Of a stretch of DNA of 64,000 nt, positions 9,559 through 20,069 are shown one piece after another. A model generated the notes under the pieces. It did no database searches. It was not told the DNA's origin and was given only the letters and a program-made list of their open reading frames with translations. Position numbers and translations under genes: made by a program. Positions within the stretch are counted from its first letter, which is position 1. Each line of letters opens with the position of its first letter. The stretch covers positions 116,996,001 through 117,060,000 of the forward strand of contig NC_086097.1 of assembly GCF_963921235.1 (NCBI RefSeq). The letters run 5' to 3'. This DNA comes from Mobula hypostoma. Its lineage: Eukaryota.

Positions 9559-12170
9559 ATGATGGACATCTTGGTGGAGGGGCGCAGGACAGGCTGCCTG
9601 TTTGATGCAGGCAGCATGGAGAGTTTTATCCACCCAGACACGGTGCAGCTTTGTGGACTCGCGATACGGCCGGTAAGTCAGTGGGTCGCCACGGCTTCCG
9701 GGTCGCATACAACAGACATCCAGGGGGGTTGTGTAGCGATGCAAGTGGTGCAGGGCACAGAATATTGAGACTTTACGTTACTGGTCATGCCTCAACTGTG
9801 TGCCCATGTGCTATTGGGGCTCGACTTCCAGAGCCACCTGAAAAGCGTGACAATGGAGTATGATGGGCCCCTCCCACCAGTCACTGTTAGAAATCCCCAG
9901 TTTTGTAGGAATACGTCACATACCCAGCTACTGACCACGCCCATATACCGATCTGCACATCCCGCCCAACATCATGCCAACTGCCACACTACAGACACCA
10001 CTTGCGGCCTCTCCACCCTCAGGATCCCTCCCCCACCGCTGTTTGCCAACCTGATCCCCGACTGTAAACCTGTGGCAACTAAGAGCAGGAGGTACAGCGC
10101 GGGGAACAGAGCTTTCATTAAGTCAGAGGTGCAGGGGTCCTCAGGGAAGGGATCATTGAAGCAAGCACAAGTCCTTGGAGGGCGCAGGTGGTCGTTGTTC
10201 GGAACGGGGAGAAGAATAGGATGGTCATGGACTATAGCCAGGCTATCAATAGGTTCACGCAGCTCAACACGTACCCTCTACCCCGCATCGCGGATATGTT
10301 CAATCAGATAGCACAGTACAAGGTGTACTCGACCATAGACCTAAAATCCGCTTACCATCAACTCCCCATCTGCTGGGAGGACCGCCCTTACACTGCCTTC
10401 AAGGCGGACGGCAGGCTTTATCACTTCCTGCGCATCCTCTTCGGTGTCACGAATGGTGTATCTGTCTTCCAGAGGGCAATGGACCGGATGGTGGACCAGT
10501 GCCAACTGAAGGCCATGTTCCCATATCTGGATAACATCACCATCTGCGGTCATGTCTGGCAGGATCACAACAACGATCTCCAAAAATTTTTCCAAGCGGC
10601 CAAAGCTTTTAATCTCACCTATAACAAGGACAAGTGTGTGTTCGGGCCCACCCGACTTGCTATCCTTGGGTGTGTCCTTAAGAACGGAGTCATTGGCCCT
10701 GACCCCAACCGTATGCGCCCCTTGTTGGAACTCCCACTTCCCAACACCGTCCGAGCACTCAAAAGGTGCCTGGGCTTCTTTTCATATTACGCCCCATGGG
10801 TCTCTAACTACGCATACAAGGCCCGCCCCCTGGTCAAGTCCACCACATTCCCCCTCTCAGCCGAGGCCCACACAGCCTTCAGCTGCATTAAAGGGGACAT
10901 TGCCAAAGCAGCAATGATTGCGATGGACGAGGCCATTCCCTTCCAAGTAGAGAGTGACGCCTCCGACTTTGCGCTGGCTGCTACCCTCAACCAGGCGGGA
11001 GAACGGTGGCGTTCTTCTCCCGTACCCTTCAAGGCCCTGAAATTCGGCACTCTGCGGTAGAGAAAGAGGCCCAGGCCATAGTGGAAGCTATCAGGCACTG
11101 GAGGCACTATCTTGCCGGCAAAAGGTTCACCCTGCTGACTGACCAGCGCTCAGTCGCATTCATGTTTAATAACCAACAGCGGGGCAAAATCAAAAATGAT
11201 AAAATTCTGAGGTGGAGAATCGAACTCTCCACCTACAACTATGACAGCATGTACAGGCCTGGGAAGCTCAATGAGCCCTCCGATGCCCTATACCGGGGAA
11301 CGTGCACCAGTGCGCAGATCAACCGGATATACGCCCTACATGTAGATCTTTGCCACCCGGGAGTCACCCGGCTTTTCCACTTTGTGAAAGCCCGGAACCT
11401 GCCTTACTCCCTTGAGGAGATCAGGACAATGACCAGGGACTGTCAAGTCTGCGCAGAGTGCAAACTGTACTTCTACCGACCCGAAAAGGCACCACTCATC
11501 AAGGCCACCCGCCTCTGTGAGCGACTGAGTGTCAACTTTAAGGGCCCCGTTCCCTCCACCGACTGCAATGTGTACTTTCTTAACGTTATCGACGAGTACT
11601 CGCTGTTCCCCTTCGCAATCCCCTGCCCCGATACCACTACCACGTCAGTTATAAAAGCCCTGCGCAAGCTCTTCACTCTGTTCGGATACCCATGCTATAT
11701 CCACAGTGACAGAGGGTCCTCGTTTATGAGTGATGAGCTGTGCCAATATCTACTGGCTAGGGGGATTGCAACTAGTAGGACCATGAGCTATAATCCCCGG
11801 GGGAATGGACAGGTGGAGAAGGAGAATGCCACGGTGTGGAAAGTCACAGTCTTAGCCCTCAGGTCAAAGGGACTGCCGGTCTCCCGCTGGCAGGAGGTCC
11901 TTCCCGAGGCACTCCACTCCATCCGCTCCCTGTTATGCACGTCCACCAATGCCACCCCTCATGAGCGGCTCTTTTCTTTTCCCTGAAAATCGACCACTGG
12001 AACCACCCTACCAACTTGGCTGACGTCCCCGGGGCCAGTGCTGCTCCGGAAACATGCGAGGAGCAATAAATACTCCCCGATGGTCTAGAGGGTTCAACTA
12101 CTTCATGCGAACCCCCAGTATGCCTGCATGGTTATATCTGATGGGCGGGAGGTCACGGCCTCCATCTGTG
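9559..12170 (+). pseudogene. pol: Gypsy pol (PR, RT, RNase H, integrase) with stops and frameshifts
   Basis: Protease CLFDAGS; RT IDLKSAYHQLPI...YLDN; RNase H ESDASDFA...VEKEAQAIV; integrase HVDLCHPG...CQVCAEC, IHSDRGSSF, GNGQVEK. Confidence 0.9.
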
Positions 12171-12765
12171 ACCTGGCGCCCGCAGGAGCACTGGGCCCCT
12201 ACCCTGAACACTCCATGGTGACTATTAACCCTGTTCCACCAATATATATACCCACGAGACACCGCGCACTCCAAGCCCTACACAGACACCACACGACACT
12301 CCCATACCGGGCGCGACGCACACACACGAGGGATTACTGACGCCTAACGTGCTGGCACCTCAAGTCAGGCCGGAGCCAACACAACCACCGTCGCCGATGC
12401 AATCACCACCGGTGCTGCATAGATCACAGCGACGGACTCGACCGCCTGATAGACTTAACCTGTAAATATACTTGTAAATATTGTCAGTCACTTCACCCCG
12501 TGGGACTCTTCTTAAAAAGGAGGGGTGAATGTGGTAAACCATATACATATGATTACCTGTCTGGACATGCCTGGACATGCCCCTCTGCTGACTGCTCCTG
12601 TGGCTCCTCCCACAGACCCCTGAATAAAGATGATTGTGTCACTGCTCCTCCCTCAGTCCAGGACAGACACAGCATGGACGAGGACCCATTTTACTGTTAA
12701 TAAAAGCCTTTCAGTACTTACTGTACTTCCAGTCTTTTGGAGTAATTGATAGTGCATCAATATCA

Positions 12766-13351
12766 CAGACATCCCACACTGCAAAAACTCATTTCAGGGA
12801 GGTAGCACCCCCACCCCCTGCAACCCCATATCTTGGTCGACCTTCAAGGGTGTATGTAATACTTTGTTTAGTGATTTTGTCTCATCTGTAAGCCAAGTTG
12901 GGACTATGCAGAAAGCGTGACATTAAAATATGTACAATATTATATTATCATGTTTATTCTATTACAACTTTAAGCAAGTCTACAGGGAGTTTGGCCTCAT
13001 CATGTAGGACATCAATAGCGTAGCTCCTTAGCAGCTAGCCAGCTAGTTTAAATAACGTTAGCTACGTTAATGAATGATTGACACCTATTAATCTCACCAT
13101 GGGCAATAGAAAAGTTACTATTGCAAACAGTGCAGCGAGCAACACTGTCATTATTTTTGAGGTCAACTGTAAAGCCCGCCCACAGAGAAAACTGATAGGT
13201 CTATTTAGCACGAAGAGAGACCAATCAGGATGCTCCCTCTCCCTCTCAAGAAAATCGATTTGCAGGATATTGTATATAATGTCTGGGCATCAGGGAGCTG
13301 CTATCAATATGCGGGAGACTCCCGCAGCTTCCGGGAGAGGTGGGATGTCTG
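12766..13351 (+). mobile_element. MITE with 12-bp TIR CAGACATCCCAC and 6-bp TSD (copy 1)
   Basis: Perfect TIR CAGACATCCCAC...GTGGGATGTCTG. Flanks are ATATCA at 12760-12765 and 13352-13357. Confidence 0.8.
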
Positions 13352-13689
13352 ATATCAACACGATAGTTTGGTGAGTTGTAATTTCTTTAGGCCAGGAATA
13401 ACATAAGGAAGTGTTTAAATTCTCTCTACTTTTTAATTTTTAAGTGCATCTCCATTAGTAGGTTAGTAGACTCAACCCAGTCACCACTGGTATCGAGGAC
13501 AGGGTGGGGTACTGCACATGATCGAAGAAAGCTGTGGTTATTGCTAGTAATGGTAATGACTGAATTGGTGCAATTGTTGGTTCAATCATTGCTGCTGCTT
13601 GCTCCGTTCCCATGAAAACCTTTGATGGCTTTGAGTCCTTTCGCTCTTCTAACCTACAGTACAACTCATAAAAGTGTAAATCAGTATAC

Positions 13690-13855
13690 AGAAGGTGAAT
13701 CTGTGGAATGCATTGCCACAGGCAACTGAGGAAGCCAAGTGATTGGGTATATTTAAAGCTGAGGTTGACAAGTTAGGGTCATCATGCATGATGGAATGGT
13801 GGAGCAGATTCGATGGGCTGAATGGCCTATTTCTGCTCCTACGTTTTATAGTCTA
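13690..13855 (+). mobile_element. CR1 3' end fragment
   Basis: GTGAATCTGTGGAAT...GATGGGCTGAATGGCCTATTTCTGCTCC is the CR1 terminal sequence. Confidence 0.7.
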
Positions 13856-14745
13856 AGAACATTCCTTCTTGAGTAATTGAAATATTCTTCAAGCAGAATG
13901 GATAAAGCAGTGTTTTGGATATTTAATATACAGGCATTGTGATCCTGGGAGCTGGAGGGGAAATATTAATAAGGGATGTCTTAAAAACATCAAATCAGAG
14001 AGATGTATGAATGCCTGTTGTCTTATGCACAACCTTTCTTGTAAATATCTGATGTATTTACTGAATAAGAGACCAAGCTTTCTCCACTCATCTTTTGATT
14101 CAAAGCGAAACACGATGATGGATGGGTTATATTTGAAAGGTCTAACCACTGGCTGTGGGCATTGATGTTATTTTAAACATGAGAAATTCTGCCGATGCTG
14201 GACATCCAAAGCAACAAACTGTAACATTAATGCAAATGCAGTGACCTGACTGGTTGGTCAGGTGTGGAAATTCAAACACCATCCCCAGGAATATATCACA
14301 GGATCTCCCACCACAAGTCACCCCCCACCCCTTTATTATTCTATAACATAGGGAGATACAAATGCACTGGCTCCTGATTAGTCACTGGGTATTTCAAAAA
14401 AACAAAAAAAGGAAAAGCTACTAAGATTGCTCCCCAACTGCTTATATCCTTCTGAAATTTGGGCACTCTTACCCAGAATAAAGTTGCCAAATTGCTACGC
14501 CACCAACTCAAACTTTATATGGCCAGTGTATTATCCCTAAAACCAACTGCAGGGGAAACAAGTTACAGACCAAAAATACAAGAAACAAAACCTAGATTTG
14601 TACTCCTCTTCTTTAAAAACTTGGCATGGAACTGCAAAACTTAAAACAGTTAATTCCCATGGAGAAAAGACACGTAACGGAAAAAAAAAGAGAATGAATA
14701 GAAAAAGAAAGGAACAAGAAAAGAAAAAGACGCTTATCAGAGAAC

Positions 14746-15017
14746 AAAAACATAGAAACATAGAAGATAGTTGCAGGAGTAGGCCATTCGGCCCTTCGAG
14801 CCTGCACCGCCATTCAGTATGATCATGGCTGATCATCCAACTCATAACCCTGTACCAGCCTTCCCTCCATACCCCCTGATCCCTTTAGCCTCAAGGGCCA
14901 TATCTAACTCCCTCTCCCTTTAGCCACAAGGGCCATATCTAACTCCCTCTCCCTTTAGCCACAAGGGCCATATCTAACTCCCTCCCTTTAGCCACAAGGG
15001 TCATATCTAACTTCCTC
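14746..15017 (-). mobile_element. 5'-truncated young CR1 tail with a tandemly repeated 5' end
   Basis: AAACATAGAAACATAG tail and CR1 3' UTR. Four copies of CCCTTTAGCCACAAGGGCCATATCTAACTCCCT(CT) start at 14881, 14916, 14951 and 14984. Confidence 0.85.
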
Positions 15018-15731
15018 ACGGGAGTTAGGGAGAAAGAAAGGAAAACAAACAACTGGGTGGGGCCCAACAAATTACAGTCTCTTAAAGTCTACCACCCCCA
15101 ACCCTGCCCCCCCCCCACACACACACAGACTGATATGTGTGGTCATACCTCACATGCTTCTCCACATTCAAATCAGTCTTAGTATTTACAGGAGAGAGAC
15201 GCAGGTCTAACGGCCCTCTCCCTAGCTAGGAGGTTGATGTATGAAGGCACTAACACGCCCCCCCCTCCCCCACCCCACTGAAGATCAGCCACAGGCCTTT
15301 GTACTGCCTCCAGTGTGGGATATAGGGAACCCTGAATGGAACACAAGGAGTTCAGCACAGGACAAAAGGAGCCCTAATCCGGAGAGGGCTTGAAGAATGA
15401 CCACTCCCCATTAACAGCCTCCTTTTCTCACTTCCCCTGACAGTACTTCCAGTGCATTGTATGGGGGGGGGGGAACCCCCATTTACCTTCTCCTCTGGGA
15501 CCCCATCCTTGACCTACACCAAAAAGATTTCCTTATGGGACATGTGGGAACTCCCACTTCCCGTCTGCTTGTCCAACTTCCGTACTTAGCTACGCGCACC
15601 CTCTTCGAAATACTCCAAACCTTGTAGTAACTTCATCACTGTGCTTACAGGGCCACCAACAGCTGGTACTATTAAAGACAGAGCTATTCCTTTTAAATGT
15701 GAAGCCATTCTATAACCGCATGTCCTATCAT

Positions 15732-16262
15732 CAGACATCCCACCTCCCCTGGAAGTTCCGGGAGTCTCCAGTATATTAATAGTGGCTCCCTGATGCCTGC
15801 AAATTATATACAATATCCCGGAAATCAATTTTTTAAGAGCGAGTGAGCGAGAGAGCACAAGAGAGAGAAAGAGAGCAAGAGAGAGCGTGAGAGAGAGAGA
15901 GCGTGCACTATGACAGAGTGTTCCAAAAAATGAAAATATAAAATGTACGTCACCGCAGACTACCTTAAAGTGTAGCCCTGCCTAATAGGAGTCAAAAATA
16001 ATGACAGTGTTGTTCACTGCACTGTTTGCAACAGTGACTTTTCTATTGCCCATGGTGGGTTAAGACTGTAAAAGACACGTTGAGGTGAGTTTAACAGGTG
16101 TCATTTGTTCATTAGCACAGCAAACATTATTTAAACTAGCTGGCTAGCTGCTCAGGAACTACTTTATTGCAGACATTCCACCTCTCCTGGAAGTTCCGGG
16201 AGTCTCCCACAAATTGATGGTGCTACCTCCCCGAAACAAGTTTTTGCAGGGTGGGATGTCTG
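15732..16262 (-). mobile_element. MITE with 12-bp TIR CAGACATCCCAC and 6-bp TSD (copy 2, inverted)
   Basis: Same TIR as copy 1. Flanks are TATCAT at 15726-15731 and 16263-16268. Body is reverse-complementary to parts of copy 1, with a (GA)n tract at 15836-15905. Confidence 0.8.
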
Positions 16263-17137
16263 TATCATGCCAGGTCATCTTCTGTCGGGTTATCACTATC
16301 ACTGGGTAATTCTGTAACGAAACCCCACTGGCGAAGACTTTCGTGCCTCCCTCTGTTGTGCTCCATTCCGCTTGGGGTTTTTAATTCCATTCAAAGAGTG
16401 AAGGGTACTTGAATCGAATCCCGGGATCCCATAGTGATGTATAATCCTCAGAGGAAACACCAGCATCCTCAGGGCATTATTGATCTCGTGTTGGGACAAC
16501 AGGCACCCATCTCTCTGTCAGATAGGCTCACTCTGGTACCCTGTCATCACATATCCTCAATAACCAGACACTCACAAAGCTTCTGTCTGTACCTTTCCCT
16601 TAAATTTGCTAATTCCCTCGTGGAGAACTCCCGAATTGTGTTGACTTGAAGGAGCCCATTGTACCATCTCCCAAGTGTTCCTGATCCTCCTCAAGGTGGG
16701 GCCTTGCGGGAGGAAGAAGCCAGCAGGTCAAGCAGGATCAAGGAAATTAATAAACAGTCAAAGTTTGGGGTTGAAACCATTCCTCAGGACTGGGGGGAGA
16801 ATTTTTTTTACCAGAAGGAGAAATCGATATTCATGCCGTCAGATTTGAGGCTACCCAGACGGAATATAAGGTGTCACTCCCCCACCCCGAGAGTGGCCTC
16901 ACTGTGGCACAAGAGGAGGATGTCGGAATGGGGCAAGGAATCGGAATTAAGATGCTTGGTCACAGGGAAGCTCCGCTTTTGTCGGAGAGCATTTTTACAA
17001 CAGACAGGAAGAGAAGAGGTATAATCAAGGTAACTGTGGGAATCAAAAAAGATGCCAATCAACAGTTTGTCTCCAGAGATGGAGACAGCAAGATTGGGAA
17101 AGGGGAGGGAGGTATCAAATTGACCAAGTGAATTCAA

Positions 17138-17643
17138 CCCTTACATACTGATCATATTTTATACTTCCACAGTATGGCCCGGGTCAATTTTGACCTGGCC
17201 CAAGAATCCCCTCATAACAAGTGTCTATACCAAAGTTTAAACCGCAGATCTATTTAGAATGTATCAATAGCCCATTTGACATTAATAAATGGGTGATTAA
17301 TCCTTAATTAATGTTTCAGAGATCCAAAATCCATTTCAATAGATACGGGTCAAATTACACCCAGGACAGCCTCAATGTGCATTAATCCTTAATTAATGTT
17401 TCAGAGATCTAAAATCCATTTCAATAGATACAGGTCAAATTTGACCCGGAACAGCCTCAATGTACAAAAATTTGTGATACCTGTACAAAAGTATAAAATT
17501 TTAAAATATTTTCATTTTTACGCATTTTAGGTCACTTTAAGAAAAGTATTCAAATCTCTGCTAAAAAAACATGGCATTTAGGGTGTTTTTACTGCTGTCA
17601 AATGTCAAAATGGGTGAAATTTGACCCAAACAGTATGTAAAGG
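17138..17643. mobile_element. piggyBac-like MITE inserted in the Penelope-like element
   Basis: TIRs CCCTTACATACTG and CAGTATGTAAAGG (12/13). Flanks TCAA (17134-17137) and TTAA (17644-17647). Subterminal GGGTCAAATTTGACCC-like palindromes; internal ~85-bp direct duplication (17296-17378 and 17381-17463). Confidence 0.75.
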
Positions 17644-18699
17644 TTAAGGGCAGGGTGGAGGTTCAGGCAAAATTGATGAAATTGACGAGCTCAGCAAGGG
17701 TGCATGGAGCAGTGGCAAAGTAATCATCAGTGTAGCAGAGGAGGAGTTGGGGATCATTACTGGAGAAGGCTTGGAACGGGCTATTCCACATAGGCAAAGA
17801 AAAGGCAGCATAGTTGGGGCTCATGCGAGTGCCCATGGAAACCCATGGCTACCCCTCAAGTCCGGAGAAAGTGGGAGAAGCTGCAGGAAAAATTGTTGAG
17901 GATAAAGGACCAATTCAGCCAGACGGAGGAAGGGAAACGGTTTGTTCTTTTATTGAGGAAGAAGTGGAGAGCTTTAAGGCCTTCTCGATGGGGGATAGAA
18001 GTGTATATGGACTGGTCACCCATGGTGAAAATGAGGCAGTCAAGGTGAGGGAATTGAAAGCTAGTGAGGAGATCCAGAGCATGAGAAGTGTCGCAGATTT
18101 AGGTGGAAAGGAACAGATCAAGGGGGATAGAATGGAGTCGAGGTATGAGGACACAGATTCAGTGGGGCAGGAGCAGGCCAAGACGATGTTGTCTTTCTTT
18201 CTGTTGTTGGTGGTCTGCCAGCTCTGCACAGCCTGCTAGTTAACAAAACTAGCCCCACATTTGAATAGCCACATACTTTATCCAAGAGCAGGATATAGTG
18301 ACCACTGTCATCACCTAAAACTTTCATGTGTTATTTAAAGCCAGAACCAGGTAATTACACAGGAGGTGTAGGGTACTTGGGAGCTTGTGCACATGTGCTA
18401 AAATAGTTATGGTACTGCTCCCCATTAAGATTTGCTGGTGTGGCCCTGTAAACTTGATGGAGCACTTGGGAAGAATGACTAATTCCTGTACCAAGGTCAA
18501 TGAGCTGAGGTGCTGCTGGGGAGGGTGGTACCTGGGACATCATTAAATTATGGCTGCAAGCCTCCATCTTGGATATTAAAATTTTCATGAAATGATAAAG
18601 GTAACTTTGAAACAGGATCTCCATATTATTAAACCGTGGTTAGATGCGGCCAAGACACAGGGCATTGGCACCAGCAAAGGCATTATTTGACCAGAGACT

Positions 18700-19200
18700 G
18701 AAGTCACATGAGTTCCACTGTGGAGGACATTGATGAGAACTTTGACAAGAATCGGGATTGAGCGGCTTACCATATGAAGAGCATTTGATGGCTCAGGGCC
18801 TGTATTCACTAGAATTCAGAAGAATGAGAGGTGACCTAATTGAAACCTGTTAAATGGTGAAAGGTCTTGATAGAGTGGATGCTTCCCATGATGGGAGACT
18901 CTAACACCAGACGTTACAGCCTCTGAATAGAGGGTGTCCTTTTAGAATGGAGATAAGGAGGAATTTCATAAGCCAGAGAGAGGTGAATCTGTGGAATTTG
19001 TTGCCATGGCAGTCGTGGAGGCCAAGCCTTTATGTATATTTAAGGCAGGGATTGATTGGTTGTTGATTGGTTGGGACATGAAGGGATACAGGGAGAAGGC
19101 AGGAGATTGGGGCTGAGAGGAAAAATGGATCAGCCATGATGAAGTGGTGGAACAGAATCAATGGGCCAAATGGTCCTAACTCTTACAGTGTTATGGTCTT
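18700..19200 (+). mobile_element. CR1 3' fragment
   Basis: Degenerate GLYSLEFRRMRGDLIET...VNLWNLLP region and 3' UTR. Confidence 0.8.
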
Positions 19201-20069
19201 AAGAAGTTTTCAGATGAAGACTGCTAGGCATGGACATTGTGACATCTGCCTGAGACAGCTAAGTATAAGGAGTTTAACCCTAAGCAAAGCCTGGAGTCTA
19301 TTCATAGCACTGTGGAAGTAGCAGCCAGCTACTAATCTAACCATGGAGTGGAATCTAATGACTGAACTTTACTCTCCATCACTGCACAGGCAGAGGCCAA
19401 CCAAGATGCGTGTCCTGAAGTGAAGGAACTGCATCAGCATGCTTTGTATTGAGGGGTCTGTTATGGTTTTGTTAAGTGTGGATCTCACAGTGTGAGTGAC
19501 AAACCACCGAGAACCAGCATTATGTCTCCAGTTTAGGAACGTTCATGAAATGAAGCCCAGCGTGCAGATATGAATTGAATGAATGCCTTCTGCTTCCAGC
19601 TGACATATGACCAAGATTTTCAATGCTCTGTCAAGGGTACCTTGGTGAATTTGTCAGAACTTTCGGAAGTGGCCCATGTGCGGACAGAGAGAGAGAGAGA
19701 GACTGAGGAGTGTGGACAGTTCACTGACTTTAATTAGAACTGTTGCAGAATTTAAAGGAAAAGGGAAACAATAAACACTGGGTCCACAGATTTGCTAACT
19801 AAAGCTCTCAACCTGAAAGTTAAATGCCAATGCTGTGGCTGAAAGCAATACCAAAATACTAAATGAAAAACGGCTGCGTCAGACAAAGCAATAGTCCTCT
19901 TTCCTGGACAAGGACGAGGGTAAGCAGGGTGCATAAACACAGGCTGTGCTTTTGGTCAAGTCTTGACAAAACTACAACAAAAGAAGGGAGTTAAATGCCT
20001 CCATAAGGACAGATTCTCTGTACTGTTAGCTGCTGAGACAATGGTTCTCTATAGCAGTATGTTTGGATC

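Larger units (their letters stand above)
8296..12759 (+). mobile_element. Full-length, mutated Ty3/Gypsy LTR retrotransposon (gag with two CCHC knuckles; PR-RT-RH-IN)
   Basis: LTRs 8296-8538 and 12530-12759 (TGTGG...CATCA). 5-bp TSD ATATC at 8291-8295 and 12760-12764. PPT AAAAGGAGGGGTGAA precedes the 3' LTR. Confidence 0.95.
14177..18190 (-). mobile_element. Penelope-like element (terminal repeat, GIY-YIG tail, RT), internally deleted and split by insertions
   Basis: Terminal repeat starts at 14177-14219 and resumes at about 16705. GIY-YIG tail lies at 16820-16960. RT N-terminal motif IVLACSCPTESVSSYLDSILSPL at 18110-18190(-). Confidence 0.7.
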
